Part shown: in pieces, positions 26,845-39,959 of the stretch
Numbering within the stretch: the first letter of the stretch is position 1
Layout: every line of letters begins with the position of its first letter
Assembly: GCA_024679065.1 (NCBI GenBank)
Contig: JAGIQG010000014.1
Span: 6,448,001 to 6,512,000 of the forward strand
Source of the DNA: Sphyrna mokarran
Lineage: Eukaryota
Direction of reading: 5' to 3'
Length of the DNA: 64,000 nucleotides
Program-made: the position numbers and the translations under genes
Notes under the pieces: model-generated
Told to the model about the DNA's origin: nothing
The model's database searches: none
Seen by the model: the letters and a program-made list of their open reading frames with translations, nothing else

Positions 26845-28100
26845 GGACAAATCTCGGATTGCGAGAATGATAAAAACATTTTATAACTTGGATATATTAA
26901 TGAAGTGGGAAAACATTTCGCAAGTATTTTATAACGTGGGAAAATGTCAGCCATATAGCGTCAAGAAAATGTTTTGAATATCTCAGTGAATTTGTTAAAC
27001 TCATCAAATAGCATTTCAAAAGTCATCGCTACTTCGCCTTAGCAAGACCGACGTTTTATTGTTGAGGGCCTATGCTAAGTTCATCACTAGTCTGACAGAG
27101 TGATTCAGAAACCATTTCACGAATGAAGTAAAAAATGTTAAAAAACATCCCATATTAGTTAATTCAACACGAGATGTGAATCGTGTAGGACAAGTTAACG
27201 ACACTTTTGAGCTATGTGGCCAATAACGCTGCAGTGGGATGAAATATTTTGCAGCTACAATTCCATATTTTTGATTGTTTGGAGGTAATGATGTTTGGAA
27301 TTCATTGCAAATTTTGTGGTTTACAGTTTGAAAATTCGTAGTGCTCAGAGCCTTGACGATGCCATGAAGGTGGCAGGATTCTTTCCAGATCGAGACAAGA
27401 TTGAACAATGCAAGACCCTGGGAATTGTTCATCCCATGTTCCAATCTGTTTTTGACTTGAAACTGCAACGCTGCAATAAATCCAGATCTGTGTCTTCTAT
27501 TGAAGTGTTCAAATAATATGTTTTTTTTTCGGTTTTCATACATCGATGGAATGTATTGTAATCAGTCCTGGAACAAGCAAATTTAAAAGTTTTTCAAGAG
27601 TTTTGAATATCAAGTGGCCCGCTCGTGCATAGGTCGTTTTGACTTTGAAAATGAACTTTGTTGATGTGAAAGCAGTCTTTTCAGACAAATCCGCATCAAA
27701 TTAAAAAGAGTGAAAGTTGAACAAAATGTTTAGCAGAGAAATTTGAAATGTATGATACAGCTGTTTTTAATGTTTTGTTGAGCCATTTGCTTCAAAAAAT
27801 TAACGCCACCAGAAAACTGTTGCTAAAGGTTGATGCAACTTTACTGAATGTTTCAGAATTGTCAGCATCAGTTGAGAATATTGTCATGCATGTTCAAAAT
27901 GATTACAGCTCAAAGGAAGCACAGGTACACGAACATTAGCAAAAAAAAAAAATCATGCCCCTCGGATGATGAAAAGCACGCAAGACACAGGAAGTCATTT
28001 TTTTGATGAAACTAGAAACAATGGCACCGTTTTCAGAACGGAAATAAAAGATCATCATTGAGATTATCAATGTTATTTGTGACCAAAGAATGATGAAATT
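26845..28100 (+). mobile_element. Fossil hAT transposase, unit 3 copy
   Basis: Collinear with 1390-2620; ORF 27748..27939 is a remnant. Confidence 0.7.
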
Positions 28101-28407
28101 CTTGACAGCTCAGTGACTATCGCTGTAGCTGCGCAGACACTTGGAATTGGGCCGGTGTCTGCGGGAGTTTGCACGTTCTCCCCGTGGTTGCGTGGGTTTT
28201 CTCCGGGCGCTCCGGTTTCCTCCCACATCCCAAAAATTCGCTCTTAGGCTGATTGGGAAAGAAATTGTCCCTACATTGAGGTTCTTCCATATTAGGAATA
28301 ACCTAAAATTAGAATAGGATAATGGAATTGTTACTATATAGTTATGACGGCGGCGCGGGATCGTTGGGCCGAAGGGCCTGTTTCCCGTGCTGTGTTGCTC
28401 TAAAAAA
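28101..28407 (+). mobile_element. 5'-truncated HE1-type V-SINE/CR1 3' UTR insertion, unit 3 specific
   Basis: Starts inside the degenerate head (GACAGCTCAGTGACTATCGC), V-domain, GGGCCGAAGGGCCTGTT tail; AAATT duplicated (28096-28100, 28408-28412); empty site at ~41210. Confidence 0.9.
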
Positions 28408-30294
28408 AAATTGCAGAATAGAATGAACCCCTGAAGAAAACTGCACTCTTATCTTTGTGCATTTCGAAAAATCTTTGGATGAGAAAACCAAAGGCTATCG
28501 AAGTAAGATCGCAGTATATAATATTCTTCTTGGCATCCTCAAATGAAGTAAGTGTCGATTTCAATTCAGCAATTACAGGCATGATTTTTAGAAATTAAAA
28601 AAAAGAAGCACGAAAGCAGTTCAACAGCAATGAACTTGCATACTACTGTGAACTGTGTTTCTCTGTCCTCTGGACGATGGAGGACGGGGCATGACGTCAT
28701 TGGAATGATGGGCATGATGTAATCGAGGCGGGGTTGGAGGCTGATGTCAAGATGAGCAATCCTTTTTCTTCAGTTATGGGATGGGGACGCTGCTGGTAGA
28801 AGTCATAATTTACTATCAGTCCTTACGAAAGCAGTTAGAGTCAAATAGGTTGCTGTATACCTGGACTGGCATGCAGACGACAGTAGGTGAGGATGGCATG
28901 TTTCCTTCCCCATTGGCGCAAGGGAAACCGCCAGGTATTTATGACAATTCATTCATGATGATCACAGAATTTTTTTAAATGACGATTTGTAATTCTACAC
29001 CATGATGACAATTCGCACCCAGAACTCCACAATATACGTTTTATGTCAGAATTTTGCGACTGGGTTTCAATGCTTCGAAGCCAATTACCTTTGCTGCCTC
29101 AACAAACGTCACAGAATCAAGTCACAGGACAAATTCCCAGACACACATGTACCCGGAAGGTCCAGTCTGGCCAGGATTTTCTCAATGTTATTAGGAAAAC
29201 TGTTCTGATGATTCGATGCAATCGCCAGAATACCGGACAACTGATTTCATCTGAAATCTTCGGTACCGAACTGAAGAACAGAGTACGCTTCAGTGGCGCA
29301 CAAAAGAAATGTTTCAAGGGAACTTTGCAAGTTATCATCCAAGACAACAAACATTTGCTCAACTTAAATACTGGTCAAGTAAACAGGGGAGACTTCTGCA
29401 AAAACAATTTCAATGTGTGAAGTATCGTGTCCACACGGCAAGGAAATATTTTCATCGCTTATTGGTTGACTGAAATCTCAAATAGGTAAAATATAGGAAC
29501 GCACTCTGAAATTTTCTTTGCAGCTCGGTTGCATTGAGGTCAATCGGCAGCAGTAGCTTGCTGCTAATCGTTCAGAGTGATGCAACATGTCCATCAAGCT
29601 GTGTCAAGCTCTAGGTCTCAAATTCTTACTGGTGCGTCAGATGGAAGGTAAAGAATGCTACAAAAACTAATGTATATTTTACGGTTAGGCAAGGGACACT
29701 CTGAAATAGCATCACCTCAATTAATGATTCATTAGCTCATACGTATTTAAGTTCAATTAGCATTGATAATGATAGATTAACACTAATGGTAAATTTGTAG
29801 TTTAATTCCTACAATTGAGATTGTAGTAAAGACACTGGAAAGTAAGATAATTGTTACAAATAATAACGGCTATTCATCACTAATTATCACAATGCACAAC
29901 AAATGAAAAGTTATGGACACAGGAGCGAAATACACGTGAGCTGTACATTAGATGCATGGTTTAAATAAATGCATGATGAAGCTGACAGAATCAAACATTG
30001 TGTCCATGGGGATGGTCTATTTTGTGTTATGCGAGCCAGCGCAGAACATATGTGCTGTGGGATTCATTTCTGATCACTCCTGTTAATTCGCAGAGCTTCA
30101 TGGACTGACAGTGTGTCGATTGGCCAACCCGGATTCCCTCCAGAGGAAAGGGATTTTTTGATTTAATTTGCTGAAAGTGACGCAATTACTGCGTAGCCTG
30201 ATTTTTCCCCTCAGGGAATGTATTACATTACAAACAGGGATCTGTCACACAACGGTGCATCGATTGAAACGTTTGCATTCTTCTCGAAATCATA

Positions 30295-30364
30295 ATGGCC
30301 CGCCCATTAATTCTACAGATCAATGATTTTTTCTATCCCGTGCTGGCAGCTTTTGGTACCCCCG
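30295..30364 (+). CDS. GPR139/GPR142-like GPCR copy 3, coding exon 1 (MARPLILQINDFFYPVLAAFGTP)
   Basis: ATG 30295; donor CCG|GTAAGT, phase 1. Confidence 0.88.
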
Positions 30365-30424
30365 GTAAGTCAATGCATCATGTTGTCTCATATTTGCGGA
30401 GTACCGGGAATGGAGCGATATAGA

Positions 30425-30982
30425 AAACCGATTTAAAATAGGTATCATGAGCCTTGGGAGATGTCTGGAAAGTGTCTATATTGTCGATGATATTGATGTA
30501 TTTGTTTTGTCGTCAGGTACTTCGGTCCGCCTTGTATAAGAAGGGGCATATCCGCGAAGGGCCGTGAGAGGGCTACTCTTGGATTTTTGGAGAGTAGCCT
30601 ATTGCTTCACATTGTTAGTGTATGCTTGACCTGGACCAGTTGATGGGCAACACGACAGCTCAGTGACTATTGTTGTGCTGCGCAGATACATGGATTTGTG
30701 CCTGTGCCTGTGGGGGTTTGAGCATTCTCCCCGTGCTTGCGTGGGTTTTCTCCGGGTGCTCCGGTTTCCTGCCACATCCCAAAGATGTGCTCTTAGGCTA
30801 ATTGGCAAAACAAATTCTCCATAAATTGTCTCAAATATAGTTCTAATGCATAGATCGATAAACATAGACAGGGATCACAGGAATCATCGGTAGAAGTGGG
30901 AACATCGAGGTGGCGGCGCAGGCTTGTTGGGCCGTAGAGCCTGCTTCCAGGGCTGTTTTGTTTTTTGTTCTTTGTTCTTTGT
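30425..30982 (+). mobile_element. CR1 3' end with embedded V-SINE (intron of copy 3)
   Basis: Homologous to 16050-16592. Confidence 0.85.
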
Positions 30983-33291
30983 CACTCACTGCTCACTGAT
31001 TCAGCAAACTGATTGCGAGAAGGGCATTACTACAACGTCTTTTCTCTGCCGAAATAAATTCTTGAATATCAGTGAGATTCTCAACGGTTGGCATGGACTG
31101 TGAGCCGCGGTTCAGCTCAGAAGAATGTGACTCCTGAAGTTTAAATTCCCTCCCCACATTTAGGGAGATGGAGGCAGATTCCATTCCCTTCCGACAGTTC
31201 ATAGGTCTGTATGCGATTTATTTGCAGTGACAATCTGTATTCTTCCCCCTTTAAGATGACAATACCACGAAATACAGCCTCTGCGGGAAGCAAAAATCAT
31301 TGGAATGTATTTCAAGGAAAAAGAAAACCTGTTCAGGGGGCTGTTGCTCTCCTCAAGGTTGCAATTCAGTTCCCTTGTTTCCCTTTCCGTGCCCGACAGC
31401 TCCCTTCCGCTGATGATAAACGTTAGAATCCCACTGTTTCGAATCACTTTCAATAACTATTTTCTCATTTCACTGTTTTATTTGAAGGACCATTTTTATT
31501 TACATAACGAGTGAATATTACGGTTAGCCCTCCTGATATTGCATGCTGCTCTTGAAAGTAAACTTAAGACGCCAAGTTCAATGGATTGCCCCACCGTGCC
31601 GCCGCGCTCTCTTATACAATTGGTCGGTGCATCACCTGACACAAGCCTCGTGGTGGATGGATTGAGTTGTCAAAGTTGCAGCACAGCGAATTACTGAAAA
31701 GAAATGAATCATTTGTTTGGTAGCATTTATTTTATTCATTTGTGTGATGTGGGCATCCATGTCCTTTATTTTTCATTCTTCGCTGCTGTTCGGATACGGG
31801 TGGTGAGTTGCTTTCCTGATTCGTTGCTGGCCAAGTTGTAAGTGCACCCACGGTGCTGGTAGAGGAAAAGAGAGTTCCAAGATTTTGACACAATTATAGT
31901 GGAGGAACAGCCATGTATTTTCCACTCAGTTCGTTCGTGACTTTGTGACAACATTAAAATGGTGGTGTTCCTACATATCTGCTGCCCGTTACTTTTTAGA
32001 TGATAGTGGTCGAGGGTTTGGTATAATGCTGTTTAAAGTGCCTGGTAAGTTCTTGTAAATGCTGCTTACGGCTGCTATAGCGCGTCTGCGGTAGAGGTAG
32101 TTAACATTTAGTGGGAGGGTTCGCAATCCAACTGCCTGCTTCGTCGTTCATTGTCTAGAAAATCTTAAGTGTCTTGGGAGCTGCCTTCGGGCAGGATAGT
32201 GACTTATAAGCAGTGCACAGGATTTTAGGAGATAAGCGGTCTCTTATTCACCGCAGGATTCCAAACCGCTGATCTGCTTTTGTGGACATTATTTATTTGC
32301 TAAAATTACTCAAATACAGTGGATGCTGAAATCTGAAATGAAGTATGTAATGCTGGAAAAAGCGCCGACTATTTCCTTCGCCACCGAAGCTGTCAGCCCT
32401 GCTGAGATTTTCTGAAGTATATTTTTCATATGGCTCGCACAGTTCAGGTAGTGTTTATGGTTGATGCTAATAGTTGCGGACTCAATGATGGCATTGAACG
32501 TCAAGAGGAAATTTTTAGATTACGTATGGTTGTAAGCGGTCATTCCCTGAAATTTGCGTGACACAGCCATTACTTCCCACTCGTCAGCCCAAATCTGGAT
32601 GTTATCCAGATCTTGCTGCATTTGGACACCGGCTGCCTCGGTATCTGAAGACTCAAAACTGATACTACACGTTGTGCAGCCGTCAATAATCATTCCCAAT
32701 TCTGACCTTATATTGGTATAATATAGAAGAAGCTGGAGACGTCTGAGCCGTGGGCACTCACTGAGGAAATGACAAAATGTACAAATTATTGAGCAAATTC
32801 TGAGGACTTCCTTCAGGGCACGCGGCATGAGGTTTGATTGCAACTTAGAGTGAATGAAGTTTCCGACCAGTGTCAGGGGTGATACTTAATGTAATAGATA
32901 GATATAGATGCAAGGAAGTAGATCCCAGATCACCCACTTTATACAAGTCTGCGAAATCGTAACTGATGCCATTTGAGACTTGGGTTCTTTAATTGTCGAT
33001 GGTGCTGAGGGGAACTTTCCATTAACATTCTGTCGACTGAATCTGGCGACCCGCCCCTCAACATGTAGAAAAGTTTATACTTCAGATATTGCAACTGCGA
33101 GAACATCGCAGGTGCCGAAATATTGCGTTTATGGTGATCTATTTCAATGAATATATCACCTCTGCTCGCTTGTACAATAGACTGAATCCATGTCTATAAC
33201 TGAGCAAAAGTGCATCCAAACATTTCACTAAAGTATACTGAGTGTAACCAGACTGTTTTCATTACTTGGCTCTTTTCCCTCGTTTTTACAG

Positions 33292-34223
33292 CGAATCTCG
33301 TGACCATCGTGATCCTCGCCAAAGGAAATTGCGGCCTTTCCAGATGTGTCTCTATCTACATGGTGGCCATGGCAACCGCAGATTTGTTAGTGATGCTCAT
33401 CAATGTAATTTTGTATTATATTCTGAGAAAACGTTTTCCAAATTCATTCCTCTCCTATACTGTTGTTTGCAAATTAATGATATATATGCTTTGTAATAAC
33501 CTGTATATGTCAGTATGGTTTACAGTCTCATTCACGTTTGACCGATATATTGCTATATGTAGTCAGAAATTTAAAACAATCTATTGCACCGCGAGAACAG
33601 CGGCTGCAGTTTTAACAACATCCTCAGTCCTTATCTATTTGCAAAACTTGTACGTTTGGTTTGCATTTGAACGTAAAAGCATTATTAATGGTGTTCAATG
33701 GGGTGCCATCCCCAGTCAGGATTTTTATACTTCTCAAATTGGTGATGCAGTTGTCTTGTTACAAAGTATCTTATTGAACTGGATTCCCTTCATTTTGATA
33801 TTACTGTTTAATTTTTTGACAATCAGAAGGATTTTGTTGTCCAGCAAAGCCCGCGCGGGCCTGCGGGGTCAAAACAGTGAGAATCAGAATGATCCAGAGA
33901 TACAGAACCGAAGGAAGTCCATTATTTTATTGTTCACTATTTCTAGTAGCTTCCTGTTGTTGTGGGCGACTAGAGTCATTAGTTATCTAGCCAGTCGGAT
34001 GCTTGTTTATGTCCGTCCGGATTACACATCTGCTGCAAATATCGCTGCCGAAACCGGAACACTGCTCATTCATTTAAGTTCATGCACGAACACATGCATT
34101 TATGGAGCTACACAAGCTAAATTCAGGGAAGAGCTAAAGAAGATCGTGAAATTTCCTTGGACAATAATTCTGATGTTGCAAAAATATGTAAAATTAAACC
34201 TAGTCATCTTATTCAGGCAGTGA
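33292..34223 (+). CDS. GPR139/GPR142-like GPCR copy 3, exon 2
   Basis: Acceptor AG ends 33291; intact 7TM frame to TGA; intron 2927 bp. Confidence 0.93.
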
Positions 34224-34494
34224 AGTAAATGTTTAAATGCCGGCCTTCCTGCAACAAAAAGATAATGTGTTTCTTTAAATTAGGGACTCTAGAAGGACTG
34301 GCCCATTCTTTGTTGTATCTTCTGATGCCTACTGCTATTCGTCAGTAAGCATTGGTGTTTCTTCCTGTAGCGCCTTACTCCAATCAGTGTGCACAGATAA
34401 TACGAATGATATCATTCAACAGTGGAGTAAAATGGGTTTGCATCAGTCCTAACTACGGTACAGTGTACGCAAAGTCTTACGCCGCATGTTCCAC

Positions 34495-36460
34495 ATCGCA
34501 GGTATTGCCTTGCAGCGAATCTATTGGCTTACAGAGTTGCTGGTATCTTACACTGCAGTACTAGCTTAAACTACAGGAACTGCGTTGCACCATAGCTACT
34601 GCCTACACCGCAGGTACTGACTACACTACAGGTGCAACATTACACAACAGGTATTGCTCATACCACTGGGACTATCTTATACTTTCTCCGCAGGCTCACC
34701 GCAGATACAGTCTTAAACCAGGTGTATCACCTTCCAAGCCAGGTGATTTATTGCATGACAGGAATCGTCCTGCACTGCAGGCACTACGCTGAATCACACT
34801 ACTGCCTTATGCTGTGATTTCTGCCTGATATCTCACCACTACCTTACACATCACTGCCTTACATCGCAGGCAATGCATTCACCACAGTTTCTTCCTTAAA
34901 TCACACTGGCTGCCTTGTACCACATACTGCCTTACACCACAGGTACCACTTTACACGGCATATATTACCTTGAACCGCGCACGCTGCATTACACCACAGA
35001 TGCGGCGTGCACAACAGATGCTGTTTTTTCACTTAAACTACTTCCTTACACAACAGGTACAGCAGGTACACAGCAGCTAGTGCCGGGAACCGGAGACACT
35101 GCATTAACAGTGCAAGCACTGTCTTGCAAAACTGGTTCTGTCTTACGCACAGGCGATGCACCCCATCACAGATACTGCCATTCCTCTCATGTTCTTCCTT
35201 ATAGAGCACCGGTGTTCCTTATCTTACACCGATCGTTCTGCCTTACACCGCAGATACTGCCTTACACCACAGTTTCTGGTTACAGAACCGTTTCTGTCTA
35301 ACTCCGCAGCCAATGTCTCACACCACAGGTTCTCCTTGACAACACATTCTCTTTCTTACACCACAATACTAACTTGAACCAAATGTATTACCTTGAACCA
35401 CTGATACCGCATTGTACAACAGTTTTTACACCGAAGCTACTTTCTTGCAAACACAATACCCCCTTACGCCACGGAATTTTATGGCACACCAGATACTTCC
35501 TTCCACTACAACTAATGATTTGCGCAAGAGATATTACAGCTACTGCCTTATGCCACAGGTTCTGATTACGCTGCAGCTACTCACTGACTCTAAACGGACT
35601 AACTCACACTGCATGCGTTGCTTAAAACCGCAGTGCCTATGTAAACCATAGATACTGCCTGGAATTTCAGAAGCTGCATTACACCACAGGATTTAAACTG
35701 AAGCTACTTTCTTACACCATATGCATCACCTTTCACTGAAAGCGCTGCCTTATACCACAAGTACTTTTTTTACATCGCCGCAGACTCTTTACACTGCACT
35801 TCAGCAATACTATGCCTTCCACCATAAGTATGCCTTCAGCGTAGTAGCTACCTTCATTGTGAGTATTGCCCTCCACCACATGTACTACATTACACTGCAG
35901 GCACTACCTTTCAAAGCATATATTGCCTTTACTCCAGAAACTGCATTACAGCGCAGTTACTACACTAATGGTACTATCTTACACCACGAGGGATGACTTC
36001 ATCTCAGACGCTTCCTAACACAAAGGTACTGTCTTCACCAGTGATTGATGGCGCAGGATAGAAGGTCTTTCATTGAGGTACTGCCTTACTCCACAGCTTT
36101 TGCTTTTCATAGGCTGTAGATACTTTCTTCACTGCGGGAATTGGTTTCACCACAGTAGTTGTCGTGCAGCACAGTTATTGCCTTACACCTCAGTTGCTAT
36201 CTACACCACAGCTGATGTCTTAAACCATAGATGTTGCCTTACATCATAGATGTTGTCTTACACTGAATCTATTTCCTTACAACATAGCTACCGCTTTACA
36301 CCGTAGGTAATGCCCTGCACTGCAAGCACAACATAGCTCCACAGCTACTGCCTTACACCATAGATGCTCCCTTACAAAGCGGTTACTGTTTTATACCGCA
36401 GCTGCTACCTTAAACCACAAGTTTTGTGTTCTGCCACCGATGCCACTTTGCACCTCAAGG
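34495..36460 (+). repeat. 19-bp minisatellite block A, unit 3
   Basis: Collinear with the other copies. Confidence 0.85.
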
Positions 36461-37340
36461 AACGTTTGCACAAGTGACGCTCTTGTGCTTTAAGGAATGC
36501 AATTTAATCATGTTTTCTGCAGTAATAAGCTGGCCCTGAGCCTACTCCGAAATGCGATTTAATTGCTCCTTAAATTATTAAATGGTTTATTTATTTATTT
36601 TCAATCTAGGCCTAATGCATTCTCATGAAGATTATGGCAATTTTGGAATTGCTGGGGCAGATTTTTGACAGGGCAAGCGGAAGAGTTTTACTTTTTCCTC
36701 GCAGGAATTCTTTCACTTTCAGTTTCGCTTAATGGTTTGTTAGAAATTGTCTGGACTCCAGGCTGGATGCAGTGGTTTGTCCGTACCTGGTATTAAAAAT
36801 TCTGCTGGCTATTTGATGTTTACTTTCATAATTTTCAGCATGAACATTTTGCTGTTGATGGTTTATTAGCTGGAGGAAAGCAGTGGCACTATATGCACAG
36901 TGTGGGAGCCTCAGAATGCAGAAGGCAGTTTTTCATTTCTCCATCCAAAGGATTAACGAACACGGTTTGCAGAGCTGAAACATCATTGAGCATTTATATT
37001 TTCTGTGTTAAATCGAAATTAGGTGCATTTGTTAGTAAGTATGTTATGTTGGTACGGCACATTGTGCTATGAAGATTGACAAATCATGGTTGTTTCTGTT
37101 ATTGTTTGTGATTGGTAAAAAATACTGCTAATTTTCTTTCTGTCTGTTAACTGTACTCTGGAATTAAATTTGTGAGATAAAAGCTCACCGGCCTGTCGTT
37201 TAATTCATATCTGAGGTGAAGCAACTCATGGCTTTCCGCACCAAATTCAAAATGCACAACATAAGGTTTTATGACTTCATAAAATAAGTGAAATTTCTGA
37301 CCTGGATTATACCCAGGCAAATACTGCCTTACACTGCAGT

Positions 37341-37446
37341 AAATACGGACAAGGATCACAGGCAGAAGTAGGAACATCTGGGTGGTGGCGCGGGCTCGTT
37401 GGGCCGAAGGGCCTGTTTCCCGTGCTGTTTTGTTCTTTGTTCTTTA
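37341..37446 (+). mobile_element. Short retroposon 3' tail replacing minisatellite block B
   Basis: GGCGCGGGCTCGTTGGGCCGAAGGGCCTGTTTCCCGTGCTG...(TTCTTTG)n; flanks correspond to ~9432 and ~10248 of unit 1. Confidence 0.85.
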
Positions 37447-38697
37447 TCCTTAATTCAATGCTAAATGTAAGAGTTTAAAATGCCTATAACCTTTCCATTC
37501 TTTGTCATTTGTCTCCGATCCATCAGTTCATCCAAGTAGTGTGTGTTTATCTATCCTGTTCTATTTCTTCTCCTATACAATCACTTGATCAGAAAATGTC
37601 AACATGCATTGACCTGACATCTATTCAGAACCTGGAGAATGTCAAAAGGCGCAGTTTAACCACTTGATTAACCGCTTCTTCCAGCGGTAAATTACATTGT
37701 CTTTACATTACTGAGCAGCACAAACTAGATGATATAGGTTGGCAGCTGCAGCAATGAAAGGGGAAATGCAGAATAGATACCAGTCAAACTTCTTCGACCC
37801 CTCCATCTAGAATAGCTTGCCAGAAAATAAACGAATGTTTCCTGTTCAGTATTGTGCACTGATTGACCTTCACTGAGGCTGTGCATGTTAAATTACTGAA
37901 CTAAACATGAAACAACCGAGATGTAATTTACGTGATGTTGTTTTTGTTTTCTTCCATTTGTGATATCCTTCTTCGTTCACTTTTTCAGACTCAGTAGCAA
38001 AGAATTGTCACATAAAATCAACAGTTACCAAGACGGACACTGCATCAAGGGTTAGTGTCAGAATTAACATGAAACCTATATAAAATATAGCTTTCCATAC
38101 ACACATATAAGCTTCAGAAAAGGAAACATAATTTTTGATAACTTCTGAAAAGCAAGTGATTTGTCAAACACAATTTTAATTGACAGGGATGAAAAAGGAG
38201 ACTAGCAATATTTATAACAAAACAATTTGCTGAATTACAATTCAGTATGTAACATGTTACAATCAGCGTGTTGATTTTGCATTTGCGAAAGCCTGCAACA
38301 AAAACAAAATAATAAGTATAAATCTGCTGCAGCAAATAACGGGTCAAAAGAGATGTACAGTGGTAGATGACAGCTGACAGATTTCCCAAATACATCACAG
38401 AACGCAAGCCAAAGGGAATTTTGATGATATCATTAAAGTTCATTTCTGCAGTGCAATGTAAGAAACTGTGTGAATCGGAAGAAAGGTTGGAAGTTTATGA
38501 AAGCAAAACATAAGGACATAGGAGAGATGTATTTGCGGAGGACGTGCAACATTGGAACCAAACTGATTCAAAAAGGGAGGATAACTAACAAATTTGATAC
38601 TAACAGAGTATGGGCCTCCAGAAGTTTTATACAGCATTTCCTGTCTTTCTCGATGTCGCTGTTTTGATTTGACGCCATGCTTCGAACAAATTCAAAA

Positions 38698-38770
38698 AGG
38701 CACCGCTGAGATTTGAACTCAGGATGCCCTGTTTACAAACAAGGGCTTTGACCAACTAAGAAATTTGCAG
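38698..38770 (-). pseudogene. tRNA-Thr-derived pseudogene, TGT-like anticodon with 1-nt shorter arm
   Basis: Reverse complement ...AAAGCCCTTGTTTGTAAACAGGGCATCCTGAGTTCAAATCTCAGCGGTGCC then a T run. Confidence 0.7.
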
Positions 38771-39959
38771 TTGCTGTTGCGACAGAAAAGCTTCAGACTG
38801 CTTTGAGGTTTGCATTTATTAATGACACCTATGGTATTGTGAAAACGTCCATGGAAGAATAAAATAGTCAGAAATTGGTTTCACGAATTGCAAAGTTATT
38901 GAATATGCGGTTTGTCGTTGTAAAGTGCTATCCCATCTATTCTTTGTCACTCTTTCCTTTGTAATGTCAAGTAACATCAATCAATCGATTCTGTATGTAA
39001 AAAAAAAACAGAAAACAATGAAAAATATCTGGCGATTCGACGAAAAGTGGACACGTAAACTTGGTTCTCTTAAGAGATGCTGTCAGGCCTGATACGATTT
39101 CTGAGCATGCTCTACAATTGCTTCAGATTGCAGCGTCTGCAATATTTTGCCCTTACTGCTCAATTTGTTCACTTGTGCTCAGCAGTGGGCGCCAATAATT
39201 CAAAGCGCTTCCATAAGCATCACCATCCCAAGGCACTAATGATCCAGTCTGGTTGTTTTATGGTGGAATATCAGTCCAGAATTTTAGTTCGACTTCGTTA
39301 GTTTGATTTAAACTTCAAAACAGCGGTCTTTGTGTATTTTCTGGTTTTTCTTTACCGATTTAGGCTTTTGGCACTTTTTTTCTGTATTAAAAAAAACAAA
39401 GAACAAAGAAATTTGCGGCACAGAAACGCAGCTCACCCACCCTGCACCGACCATGCATAGATAACCCTATAGGTTAATGCACTGATGCATCCAAAATCTA
39501 TTTCCAAATATCACAACTACTAACAAGGTTAATGTATTTCGAGAGGAACTGAAGATTAAATAAGAATCTAATTCTTCAGTTACACAGCACAATGGCAAGA
39601 AGCACATTCCGAATATAGTGTGTTATTTGATTATTTGAGACTGATATTTCTTTTTAGGGAAGAATTCAAGGCTCGTTTTCAACGTTTTAACGCAGAAGGC
39701 GTCCGACAAGTTCAACTCACACAAGGTTGAGTCATAAGATAAAGCTCATGGTATTCGTGTCAGCAAACCATGGATAGAGGGTTGGCTAATGGGGAGGAAA
39801 CAACGACTTGGGATAAGGGTTTCCTTTTCTCTTTGGCGATCAGTAACCAATGAACTCCCATGGGGATCAGTGCTGGGGCCGCAATTGTTTACAATTCATG
39901 TTAATAACTCAGAGGTAGGAGGCGAATGCACCGCATTCAAGTTGATAGGGAACAATATA

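Larger units (their letters stand above)
25100..38240 (+). repeat. Segmental duplication unit 3
   Basis: Collinear with unit 4 from AAGAGATGCTGTCAGG; lacks the tRNA-containing segment. Confidence 0.9.
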
